Program-made: the position numbers and the translations under genes
Origin: a virus
Lineage: Duplodnaviria; Heunggongvirae; Uroviricota; Caudoviricetes
Length of the DNA stretch: 24,715 nucleotides
IMG/VR virus record: IMGVR_UViG_3300017788_000010
Strand: one strand, 5' to 3'
Notes under the pieces: model-generated
What the model saw: only the letters and a program-made list of their open reading frames with translations
Told to the model about the DNA's origin: nothing
The model's database searches: none
Shown here: piece by piece, positions 13,475 to 21,541 of the stretch
How positions within the stretch are numbered: position 1 is the stretch's first letter
How the letters are laid out: every line of letters begins with the position of its first letter

Positions 13475-13805
13475 TGACCCTTGCATTGTGGGCAGGCCGG
13501 CCTGTGCGGGGTCATATGTTGGGGGAGGTGGTCGACCGAAAGCGGCGACCTCCCCCATTTGCGTACTTCTACGTGGGCTAGGCCACGATAAACAGGTCTT
13601 TAAGCCTAGCGCGTTGAAAAGGTAGACGAGCCTTAGTATCTTTGCGACTAGTCACCGCTCTGATGCAAACGGCCCCGGAAGTTCTTATCCTGCTATAGAT
13701 CTTCTGAAAAAAAAAGCAGACAGCAGCGAGCTGTGGAAGAGCCGGGCACGGCTCTAGCACACAAAAGGCGGTGGGGGTTGCGCAACTCCCACCGCTTCTT
13801 TTTTT
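13475..13805 (+). ncRNA. Unassigned ~330-nt structured non-coding transcript
   Basis: Lies between a promoter motif and a terminator, has no credible ORF and contains several strong hairpins. Confidence 0.45.
13768..13805 (+). terminator. Intrinsic terminator
   Basis: GCGGTGGGGG/CTCCCACCGC stem plus TTCTTTTTT. Confidence 0.75.
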
Positions 13806-13825
13806 ACTGCTAGCCCCCGGAACCA

Positions 13826-14059
13826 ATGAGCGAGACTGACGTACGACATCGGGCAACCAATATGGCTATGGCCCTAATATGTAAGGAGGCGCTTCCTAAT
13901 CCGACAATAGCCGGCCCTCTTATAGAAATAGAGCATAAGCTAGGCCCCAACAGGCCTAGAGTTTCAGAACTATTTAATGTGACGCTTGACCGCATTAGGG
14001 ACGATGCCCTTATTCGGGACGCTATGTACGAGATAACGGACGCCACAATCTTATCATAA
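13826..14059 (+). CDS. Small hypothetical protein
   Basis: ORF only. Confidence 0.4.
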   Translation: MSETDVRHRATNMAMALICKEALPNPTIAGPLIEIEHKLGPNRPRVSELFNVTLDRIRDDALIRDAMYEITDATILS

Positions 14060-14061
14060 TG

Positions 14062-14073
14062 TGGTATAAGATA
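14062..14073 (+). promoter_or_regulatory. Promoter-like motif variant TGGTATAAGATA
   Basis: 11/12 match to TGGCATAAGATA, at the head of the small-ORF run. Confidence 0.5.
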
Positions 14074-14074
14074 T

Positions 14075-14338
14075 TTGGTAACCCAAGCCCCTTTGAACAT
14101 GAACTACGAAAATCAAAGCTACTCAACCGCACCGCCGCCATTAGAGGCCACGATTTTTGGCATGGTATACCACGCTATAGACGATATCTGCGTACACGAT
14201 GTACGTATAATAGCTAGTCGGTTAGATGTAGACCACGACGGCTTTTTAGACGTCCAAAGAATGCGCGAATCTACAACAACCCCGGAAAGGCTGCTTTCGT
14301 TGCTTTACTTTGAGGGGGAACTATGGACAACTATATAG
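14075..14338 (+). CDS. Small hypothetical protein
   Basis: ORF; ATG at 14099 is a more likely start. Confidence 0.4.
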   Translation: MVTQAPLNMNYENQSYSTAPPPLEATIFGMVYHAIDDICVHDVRIIASRLDVDHDGFLDVQRMRESTTTPERLLSLLYFEGELWTTI

Positions 14339-14592
14339 AAGGTTTTGAGGATAAACGTAGCGCAATCGAGAAAAAGCCCCTAGAGATAGCATACCTGGTT
14401 CAAGAAGCCACCGCGGTTGATAGACTGTTTGTGGTGGGCCCGCCCTCCTCTATCGTCAATAATATAAGCATTTTAATAGGGGAGGTTTTGCTGGAGGAAG
14501 AGTTCTTTTCATTAGGCACTCCGATTATAGACGACGGGGCATCTGAACTAGAGGCCGTAAGGGACGCCTGTGATTTTTCCTCAGATTTTTGA
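14323..14592 (+). CDS. Small acidic hypothetical protein
   Basis: GAGGGG SD before the ATG; overlaps the previous ORF. Confidence 0.55.
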   Translation: MDNYIEGFEDKRSAIEKKPLEIAYLVQEATAVDRLFVVGPPSSIVNNISILIGEVLLEEEFFSLGTPIIDDGASELEAVRDACDFSSDF

Positions 14593-14624
14593 ACCCGGGG
14601 TTATCGAAGCAACACTAAACCAGA

Positions 14625-14849
14625 ATGACGAATCTTTCTGAAGACCGCGTATACGGTATTGTTGAAAGCGCGACACCGCGACAAGACGCTTTGCGCGCAG
14701 ACCCCTACTATCAGCTATCAAACAGAATATCATGGATGGTGGGCAAAGCGCAAACCAGATCCATAGATAATCTCACAAATCTAGACTTCCTGGATAGGTT
14801 CGCAACTGACGGTATGGAAGAGTCGTCCACGCATAGGCTGGGAGAATAG
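14625..14849 (+). CDS. Small hypothetical protein
   Basis: ORF in a co-directional run. Confidence 0.45.
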   Translation: MTNLSEDRVYGIVESATPRQDALRADPYYQLSNRISWMVGKAQTRSIDNLTNLDFLDRFATDGMEESSTHRLGE

Positions 14850-14853
14850 TGCT

Positions 14854-15069
14854 TTGATTAACCATGCGCAGAGAGAGGTCGTGGTGGATACAATCTGTTT
14901 TGCGAACAACAGTTGGGTAATTGCCCCCGTCTATGCGACTCAGAAAACCGTCGAGACGATGGCACATACTCACACACGCGATGTCGTGCTGCAGCACACC
15001 GACGCTATGCCAATAATCGGCTTTAACGAAGTACGTATAGTAGCAGAAACTACTGAATATATGTGTTAA
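14854..15069 (+). CDS. Small hypothetical protein
   Basis: ORF with TTG start, tightly packed. Confidence 0.4.
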   Translation: MINHAQREVVVDTICFANNSWVIAPVYATQKTVETMAHTHTRDVVLQHTDAMPIIGFNEVRIVAETTEYMC

Positions 15070-15102
15070 ATCAACAAAGACGCCCAACCCTCACCACAAA
15101 CG

Positions 15103-15615
15103 ATGAACTACCTCACTAAACTGCTTTTGCTTCTCCTTTGCGGCGCTTGCGCCACAACCACCAAATGCCCGTCTCCCGCCGTTCCCGTCATACAAAACGG
15201 GGTGTGGTTAGATACTGTTATGGAGCCTATAAACCTATCAAAAGATCAAGTATGCTTTATTGTCATGCACTGGGAGCCGCGCTCCACAATCAACCCGCTG
15301 TTCCAGATCTGTACTGGAGACGACACGTTCTACACAACAGGAAAGAATGTCGCGGCGCTTATCGGCTCCGAGTATACAGAAAGTAATCGGAGTGTTGATC
15401 TAGGCAGCACACAAGAGTTCGCCTATGTTGAGATCTATTATGGACCGAATGACGTGCGCTCAGGTTGGGTGAATAACGCAAAAATGACGATGGTTGCTGT
15501 CAGCAAAGACGCGTGCGTGCCTTTCGCTGGGAAAGACGATCTCTATATCGCGGTATGCACTTGCACGCTATATCTACCAGATGGGAGAAAATGGTTTGAG
15601 TATCTTCACTATTGA
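15103..15615 (+). CDS. Putative exported or lipid-anchored protein (170 aa)
   Basis: N-terminal KLLLLLLCGAC signal with an imperfect lipobox. Confidence 0.6.
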   Translation: MNYLTKLLLLLLCGACATTTKCPSPAVPVIQNGVWLDTVMEPINLSKDQVCFIVMHWEPRSTINPLFQICTGDDTFYTTGKNVAALIGSEYTESNRSVDLGSTQEFAYVEIYYGPNDVRSGWVNNAKMTMVAVSKDACVPFAGKDDLYIAVCTCTLYLPDGRKWFEYLHY

Positions 15616-15835
15616 GAGCCCGGAAGGGCATAAGCCGTGTATGAGCAAACTAGCGGATATAAAATCTGGTGAGTATTTTGAATATTCTGGGGATATATTC
15701 CAAAAAGATGGGGCGGGCGGGCCTTTCTGCAAACGGGTTACTGGTACAATATCTGTGTATCATAACAGCTTCTTTTCAGGTAAGCTCGTCAAAGCACTTG
15801 CTCCAATAAACATAGTTTTTGAATACATGTATTAA
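15494..15835 (+). CDS. Small hypothetical protein (true start probably ATG 15641)
   Basis: The 3' part fills the gap between neighbours and its stop overlaps the next ATG. Confidence 0.4.
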   Translation: MLSAKTRACLSLGKTISISRYALARYIYQMGENGLSIFTIESPEGHKPCMSKLADIKSGEYFEYSGDIFQKDGAGGPFCKRVTGTISVYHNSFFSGKLVKALAPINIVFEYMY

Positions 15836-16080
15836 TGAGCAACAAACTACTAGAATACAGTAGCATAGATAATATGATTATAGAAACCTTTAGCGCCTGC
15901 ACGCACAACGAAATGGATATTAATAGTGCGATCATGAACATCACACTAAGGCTGTCTAATAGAGCTGCGGATGCTGTGCTCCCGTTATATAATCTAGATA
16001 ACAGCGTTCTAACGGATATTGATGATGACTTAAGTGTTATAATGCGGCCGACGGCCCCTCTGTTTGCTTCGTACATGTAA
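15835..16080 (+). CDS. Small acidic hypothetical protein
   Basis: TAATG overlap with the upstream ORF. Confidence 0.5.
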   Translation: MSNKLLEYSSIDNMIIETFSACTHNEMDINSAIMNITLRLSNRAADAVLPLYNLDNSVLTDIDDDLSVIMRPTAPLFASYM

Positions 16081-16082
16081 TC

Positions 16083-16310
16083 ATGTCATCATTGTCTCCG
16101 GAACAGGCCGACGGTATAATCACCGAAGTACTCTCATTAGCATGTACACCATTTATGCCTATTACAACGTTACCGGTAATAAAAAAACTAACAACAAACG
16201 CGACGCTAGAAACTATGCACCTGCGGTCGAATTTTCTGGAGTCAACAAACCTGCTAGCGATACCTCAAGATATGGCAGAACTAGAAGCCGCCTATGACAA
16301 AGATAGCTAA
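16083..16310 (+). CDS. Small hypothetical protein
   Basis: Starts 2 nt after the previous stop. Confidence 0.5.
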   Translation: MSSLSPEQADGIITEVLSLACTPFMPITTLPVIKKLTTNATLETMHLRSNFLESTNLLAIPQDMAELEAAYDKDS

Positions 16311-16533
16311 TCTACAAAAAGACATAATCGATAGGGTGGTCACCGGTTACGCGTTAGACGAAAATTTCGACATCTCTCTTGCCGGTGATATGGAGCAGTG
16401 CTTCGACGCTCACCGAGTATGCCTCTATGAAACCGTGTTCGTAGCGACTCTAGAAAGAACAGAAGCGTGCCAAATAGAGACGCTATTCCTCGACGCAGGT
16501 ACTGTAGAAGAAACCACTTGGTGGGTGGATTGA
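16294..16533 (+). CDS. Small acidic hypothetical protein
   Basis: Overlaps both neighbours. Confidence 0.5.
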   Translation: MTKIANLQKDIIDRVVTGYALDENFDISLAGDMEQCFDAHRVCLYETVFVATLERTEACQIETLFLDAGTVEETTWWVD

Positions 16534-16709
16534 TGACCGAAAGCCAGCTAAGAGAGGTAATCGATAGAAATATGCTGGGCTATGATAGTATTGTTTGGCC
16601 TGTAGATAAAAACGCCCGTAATCACCTCGGAAGCTATACTATAACTAACTTACTGGTCGCACTCTGCCTAGCTAACCGTCCTGGAGATGCGTATGACGCC
16701 CCACTCTGA
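16533..16709 (+). CDS. Small hypothetical protein (MTESQLREV...)
   Basis: TGATG overlap supports a start at 16533 rather than 16467. Confidence 0.45.
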   Translation: MTESQLREVIDRNMLGYDSIVWPVDKNARNHLGSYTITNLLVALCLANRPGDAYDAPL

Positions 16710-16884
16710 AGTACTAGACGATATAGAGAAAGAGTTTATAGGCGCTAGGATTCTAGACGACCTACGAACGCGGTTCTTCGCACTTGTAGCGTACTCAACG
16801 AGCCGAAAAATACGGGCGCTCATGAGCCCGGTATATAGCGTATCTATTGCGGTGCACGACACTACACCATATTTTCTTACGTAA
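16687..16884 (+). CDS. Small hypothetical protein
   Basis: Last ORF of the packed run; start uncertain. Confidence 0.4.
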   Translation: MRMTPHSEVLDDIEKEFIGARILDDLRTRFFALVAYSTSRKIRALMSPVYSVSIAVHDTTPYFLT

Positions 16885-16915
16885 CTAAACACAGTATACT
16901 TTGTGTCATAAGATA
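16885..16915 (+). promoter_or_regulatory. Recurrent promoter-like motif (TGTCATAAGATA) 6 nt before a tRNA
   Basis: Core match at 16904-16915. Confidence 0.6.
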
Positions 16916-16921
16916 GATGTG

Positions 16922-16998
16922 GGGCCATTAGCTCAGTTGGTTAGAGCAGGGGACTCATAATCCTCTGGTCGAAGGTTCGAGTCCTTCATGGCCCACCA
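16922..16998 (+). tRNA. tRNA with CAU anticodon, most likely tRNA-Ile2 (lysidine type)
   Basis: Full cloverleaf, GGGGA-CTCATAA-TCCTC, G1-C72, the C4-G69 and C5-G68 pairs recognised by TilS, A73, encoded CCA. Confidence 0.9.
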
Positions 16999-17045
16999 AC
17001 ACAAAACAAGAGCGCACTGTTCTTGTTTTTCCTGCAAAGAGACAA

Positions 17046-17366
17046 ATGACAAAAAGCATTACCACGCCACCGCTTAGTGAGGCGGCTAAAGACGCCCTCC
17101 TAGCTAAGTTCCTTAGTAAGGAGGGCGGGCCGCTATATATCACTATTATCTGCGACACCTTTACGATAGACCATGTTCCGGCAGTCCTAAAAAGCACATA
17201 TTGCCGCTGGGCCTATCACGACCGCGACTCTACGGTCGATATATACGTAGTACCTATAATACACGTCCTGGGTCTTCTGAACAAAGGGGATATATACATT
17301 GCCCGCGTAGATATATCCGGAAACCTTATAGTAACAAACCTCCGCTCCCAAGGATCCTTATGTTGA
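17046..17366 (+). CDS. Hypothetical protein (106 aa)
   Basis: AAGAG SD-like sequence before the ATG. Confidence 0.5.
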   Translation: MTKSITTPPLSEAAKDALLAKFLSKEGGPLYITIICDTFTIDHVPAVLKSTYCRWAYHDRDSTVDIYVVPIIHVLGLLNKGDIYIARVDISGNLIVTNLRSQGSLC

Positions 17367-17390
17367 TTTCTTTAACCCAAAAAAGCGACA

Positions 17391-17630
17391 GTGAGTAAAG
17401 ACGAACAGCTCGAACAGAACAAAAGAGTGGCGAGCCTGATCGCGGTATGGCTTAGCAGCCACACCCACTCCACTAATTATTTCGCCGTCTCCTGCTGCGG
17501 CGGGCGCTACGACGTTTTGCGTTATGATACCTGCGGCTACTGCGGGAAGCAGCTGCCTCTTCCTGAAGACGTGACTTCCTGTATCAACGAAATACGAGAA
17601 ATATTAGAGCATGCTCCGGCTGAGTCCTGA
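17391..17630 (+). CDS. Small Cys-rich protein (possible zinc ribbon)
   Basis: SCCGG ... TCGYCGK. Confidence 0.5.
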   Translation: MSKDEQLEQNKRVASLIAVWLSSHTHSTNYFAVSCCGGRYDVLRYDTCGYCGKQLPLPEDVTSCINEIREILEHAPAES

Positions 17631-18033
17631 GGCCTACACCATCATTCACGCGGCTAACTACCGCTACCAGATATTTGGCGCCAGGCTGCCGGTGGAGGAT
17701 CAAAAGCTGGTCGGGGCCGCTAAAGCCGCTACCACTGCCTCCGCACGAGACAGTCAGCTGGAGCACGACCCTACAACATGCGTCTTAGATACATGTTACG
17801 TGTGTCTGGTCGTGCACCGCTCACCACACTGGTCTCGAAATAAGAGCTTGTCTGCTGATATGAAAGCAACCAACGACAGGTTAGACGAGCTACGCTTACA
17901 AATATACGCCTCCATGTCCAAACAAGAGCGCCGCAGCTTGTTAACGGAAAGAGAGAATCTGGAGGCAGAGACGCTGAGATTTCGACGCGCCGGAAGTGAC
18001 GTGCTGGATGTCTTGACCGAAACACGTTCCTAG
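17611..18033 (+). CDS. Hypothetical protein (140 aa)
   Basis: ORF overlapping the previous gene; C..C motif and helical C-terminus. Confidence 0.55.
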   Translation: MLRLSPEAYTIIHAANYRYQIFGARLPVEDQKLVGAAKAATTASARDSQLEHDPTTCVLDTCYVCLVVHRSPHWSRNKSLSADMKATNDRLDELRLQIYASMSKQERRSLLTERENLEAETLRFRRAGSDVLDVLTETRS

Positions 18034-18076
18034 TTAACCGCACGGGGGATGGAGATGGGGTCGGCTGGGAACGTTA

Positions 18077-18108
18077 GCACGGGGGTAAAACTCCCCCGTG
18101 CTTTTTTT
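18077..18108 (+). terminator. Intrinsic terminator
   Basis: GCACGGGGG/CCCCCGTGC 9-bp stem plus T7. Confidence 0.8.
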
Positions 18109-18349
18109 AACACTTCTCAAAACAATGTATACTACGACTTTTTCAAACGATTTATGGGATGTGGCTCTATCGAATAAGAAAGAGCCGAACCTTAAGGAAC
18201 CTTCTTGGGCCATAAACATAAATGGTATGGAGCATTATGTGTGCGCTGAGCAATTGCTGGCATTACGCGATATACTAAACGACCAACATATCATCCTGGT
18301 GTCAATAGTAAAAAGCCGAGAGACTAGTAAACGTGGAGCTCCTGCATAA
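18098..18349 (+). CDS. Small hypothetical protein (probable start at the MYTTT methionine)
   Basis: The track start lies inside the terminator; the stop overlaps the next gene. Confidence 0.4.
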   Translation: MLFLTLLKTMYTTTFSNDLWDVALSNKKEPNLKEPSWAININGMEHYVCAEQLLALRDILNDQHIILVSIVKSRETSKRGAPA

Positions 18350-19292
18350 ATACAACAACGGAAATGTTAGCGTGTCTTTGTTCTCTGATGGAACGAAGAC
18401 GCGTGTATGGGAAGGCGAGCAGCGAGTAGACTTCCCAGAGAGTATCGATCTTAAGGTAACCAACTTCTGTGATGTGGGCTGCTCTTTTTGTCACGAAAGC
18501 TCGACGCCTAAAGAAGCTAACCGCGCCGGAGCGGATCAAACAGCCTTAGAAGAAATCCTTGATCCGCTGCCTGCTGGTGTAGAGCTAGCCATAGGCGGCG
18601 GCAACCCTACAGATTGGCCTCGCCTGCGCGATTTCTTATGGTGGGCTAGAAATAAAGGGTTTGTATGCAACATAACCATAAACCAATTTAGTCTACAACG
18701 AAATTTCATAACAGACACGGTTCTGTCTTATGGAGCGCCTATGGTGCGTGGTATAGGCATAAGTGTGGCCAGCCACATAAATATGGTGGAGGCAACGCAA
18801 ACTGGTTATAACATATCTAATGAAATAACCCCGCTTATGAAAGATGTCTTAGCAGGTTCACCTAATTGCGTTCTCCACGTCATCGCCGGCGTCCACGATT
18901 ATACTATCCTAGAGCATCTGTGCGATAGTATAGTCAATCCAAAGATTCTAGTGCTAGGATACAAGCGGCACGGCTTTGGTAAAGAAGTCAATGAGGGTCT
19001 GTTGGCTCACAGACTTCGTCTATTCAGAATAGGTGTAATCAAAGCTATGTACGAGAGAGAGAACACGCCTAGACTTAGCTTCGATAACCTGGCCATAGAG
19101 CAGCTCAATATACGTTCTATGTTGCGTGAAGAGGCCTGGGAAAAATACTACATGGGTCCGGACTTCACCACATCTATGTACGTTGACGCTGTACAGCAGG
19201 TGTTCGCCGAGACAAGCACGACAACGAAAAGAACCTCGTGGAAAGACACGACACTATTAGACTACTTTAGAAAGGACAAGCGAAGTGGGTGA
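18333..19292 (+). CDS. Radical SAM protein
   Basis: CDVGCSFC (CX3CX2C) motif, ELAIGGGNP core segment, 319 aa. Confidence 0.88.
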   Translation: MELLHKYNNGNVSVSLFSDGTKTRVWEGEQRVDFPESIDLKVTNFCDVGCSFCHESSTPKEANRAGADQTALEEILDPLPAGVELAIGGGNPTDWPRLRDFLWWARNKGFVCNITINQFSLQRNFITDTVLSYGAPMVRGIGISVASHINMVEATQTGYNISNEITPLMKDVLAGSPNCVLHVIAGVHDYTILEHLCDSIVNPKILVLGYKRHGFGKEVNEGLLAHRLRLFRIGVIKAMYERENTPRLSFDNLAIEQLNIRSMLREEAWEKYYMGPDFTTSMYVDAVQQVFAETSTTTKRTSWKDTTLLDYFRKDKRSG

Positions 19293-19722
19293 AACAACGC
19301 GTCGAGAAGTATTTGAAACCAATTCCAGCTCAACACACTGCCTGGCTATATCGCACTCAGATCTATTACAGATACCGGCTCAAACGGTGTCTGGGGAGCT
19401 GCGCATATACAGACAAGAGTTCGGGTGGGAGGTTGCAGATTATACCTCCAGTACAATCAAAATAGCTTATATAGCGGAATACGCCATATCGGAGTACCCG
19501 GACGCAAGAACTAGCAGAGGCGAGCTATTTATCGAAACGATCAACAGAATTGTTAAAGATGTCACAGGAGCAACCACCGTGACGTATGATGGTGAGGGCT
19601 ACATCGACCATCAGTCTGTAGAGAAACAACAATACCACTATTTGTTCGAAGACGAGCCTCTTTTGAGGAGGTTCTTATTCAACCCAGAGTCTGTGTTGCA
19701 TACGGACAATGACAACCACTGA
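19285..19722 (+). CDS. Conserved hypothetical phage protein with RR.VFETNSSSTH N-terminal motif
   Basis: Recognisable motif; translationally coupled to the radical SAM gene. Confidence 0.7.
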   Translation: MGETTRREVFETNSSSTHCLAISHSDLLQIPAQTVSGELRIYRQEFGWEVADYTSSTIKIAYIAEYAISEYPDARTSRGELFIETINRIVKDVTGATTVTYDGEGYIDHQSVEKQQYHYLFEDEPLLRRFLFNPESVLHTDNDNH

Positions 19723-20143
19723 AAGTGTCTTGATTATAAGTATCATGGCTGCGGCTGCGATCTTCCTTACTTCCTTGTTACGGCGCTTACGGAGACTATC
19801 TAAACAAGATATGGCTGTGTTAGAGCTGTGGGCGTTTAAAACAGATCTGTGTCAGCTCTGCCTGGATGCAAGTAAAGACACCTCGACCTTGATCTTCACT
19901 TTCGAGGGGCAGATTATTCAAGAGGAGCTGACCACAAAGCAACACCCTTTCGAGGTAGCCGATAAAATACATAACTATTACTATATGCGGCTCTCTACAG
20001 AGGGGCGCAGGGTGGCGCTTGCGGCGCTTACAACCAAACTAGCCGCTCCGAGAACGCCGTTGACCTCAATCGTGCTTGACGCACTATCCGCCAATGCTAA
20101 AAGTGACCTCCGATCTGCACCTGTTCCACAGAAACATAGTTAG
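19709..20143 (+). CDS. Hypothetical membrane-anchored protein
   Basis: N-terminal transmembrane helix followed by a basic cluster. Confidence 0.55.
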   Translation: MTTTESVLIISIMAAAAIFLTSLLRRLRRLSKQDMAVLELWAFKTDLCQLCLDASKDTSTLIFTFEGQIIQEELTTKQHPFEVADKIHNYYYMRLSTEGRRVALAALTTKLAAPRTPLTSIVLDALSANAKSDLRSAPVPQKHS

Positions 20144-20642
20144 ATTATGCGCTAGGCCCTACGCGGATCTAGAGGATATGCATGCCTCTATGAGAAGGGC
20201 GTGGAATACAGCAGTACAATCAAATGACCGCGTATATATTATTGGTGACTTGTGCCTGAGCGCCAGAGTAGAGGCCGTTGCAGCCATGGTAAACTCGCTA
20301 AACGGTTACAAATATCTGGTGCCAGGCAATCACGACAAAAAGATACTAAGGAAGGTTATCCCCTATCTTAAGGACGCTGAGATAACTGACTCTATCGTAG
20401 AAGTGACATCTGGAGATGATCGGTACGTTCTGTGCCACTATCCAATAGAAAGCTGGAACCGTCGCCACCACGGGGCGATACACCTACACGGTCACTCACA
20501 CGGTAACGGCTCTTTTCTACCCAACAGGGTGGACGTAGGATGGGATGTTTTCGGTTGCCCAAAACCCATAAACAAATCATTAGTAGCCGAGTACAAACTA
20601 TACATAGAAACCAGATCCACAACAACCGCTTACCACGAATGA
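20076..20642 (+). CDS. Calcineurin-like metallophosphoesterase
   Basis: SDLH, GD, GNHD, CHYP and HLHGHSH metal-binding motifs. Start at 20076 or 20094. Confidence 0.9.
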   Translation: MTHYPPMLKVTSDLHLFHRNIVRLCARPYADLEDMHASMRRAWNTAVQSNDRVYIIGDLCLSARVEAVAAMVNSLNGYKYLVPGNHDKKILRKVIPYLKDAEITDSIVEVTSGDDRYVLCHYPIESWNRRHHGAIHLHGHSHGNGSFLPNRVDVGWDVFGCPKPINKSLVAEYKLYIETRSTTTAYHE

Positions 20643-20699
20643 AGGTCCACGAGGAAAAGAAGCACGATCTGCGCGCTCTTTTCCACCCAGCCTAACCAC

Positions 20700-20924
20700 A
20701 TGGACGAAACGAACAAAAAACTTAGCGAGTTTATAAAACTAACTATGTGCGTCGTTGACGATATCATCGCAGAGGACGAGAGCCGGTTCGCGAACACCGA
20801 GCAGCTAAAAGCCAAAGACAGGCGTATAGCTGAGCTAGAGGAAGAAAACGCCCGGCTCCGTAACGAGGTGGCCTTCCACGTAGCGTTCAATAAACGCCCC
20901 CGAGGTAACCTCTACCTTAACTAG
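20700..20924 (+). CDS. Small coiled-coil hypothetical protein
   Basis: KDRRIAELEEENARLRNEV heptad pattern. Confidence 0.55.
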   Translation: MDETNKKLSEFIKLTMCVVDDIIAEDESRFANTEQLKAKDRRIAELEEENARLRNEVAFHVAFNKRPRGNLYLN

Positions 20925-20927
20925 ACC

Positions 20928-20953
20928 AATAAAGGGGCCCATGCCCCTTTATT
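20928..20953. terminator. Bidirectional terminator between convergent gene blocks
   Basis: AATAAAGGGGC-CCAT-GCCCCTTTATT 11-bp inverted repeat between stops at 20924 (+) and 20954 (-). Confidence 0.75.
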
Positions 20954-21541
20954 TTACCTCGCCTCAGTAACTATATTACCGCTATCATCAACACGGAGCA
21001 ACCATTTTAATCCGCTAGGCGATTTTAGCAGAACCCCGTCACCGTCGCCTTCCATCTCAACAGCGATATTATCGCCCTGATCTTTAACCAGAAGCTTCTC
21101 TCTGGATACCGCTGGTGTAGCTGTGTGAGGGACCATAAACATGAAGTCAGTGGCCGCGTCTCTTATTTGACTACTAGAGAATTTTACTCGGACTGTGGTA
21201 GAGTTGACCTCTTCGTACGTAACTAGGGAGACAGATCCAGTAGGCTCGGAGCCTTCCTTAGGTATAAGGACATAACCAGCTACACCAAAGGTGTTTAAAG
21301 AATGCCCGGGTTTGGCCAAAACTACTAGCTGCTCAGAGCCAACCAGATAATTAAACGACAGTGTAAAGAGAAGGCTTAGTGAGCTCGGAGCCCCGTCCGG
21401 CGTAGAGTCGTTTTTGTGTATGATCTCTCTATAGCCCGTCTCCGCGCCGATGAACCGGCTGGCGTCTCCTTCGGTCTTTACACTGGTGTAGAACCCACTG
21501 AGGGTCTGTGTCCCTATTTTTCTTTTTGAGACGAAAGTCAT
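20954..21541 (-). CDS. Putative virion (tail) protein, 195 aa
   Basis: ATG at 21541 overlaps the upstream TGA; C-terminal LKSPSG.KW.LRVDDSG resembles a motif common in phage tail proteins. Confidence 0.6.
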   Translation of the reverse strand: MTFVSKRKIGTQTLSGFYTSVKTEGDASRFIGAETGYREIIHKNDSTPDGAPSSLSLLFTLSFNYLVGSEQLVVLAKPGHSLNTFGVAGYVLIPKEGSEPTGSVSLVTYEEVNSTTVRVKFSSSQIRDAATDFMFMVPHTATPAVSREKLLVKDQGDNIAVEMEGDGDGVLLKSPSGLKWLLRVDDSGNIVTEAR

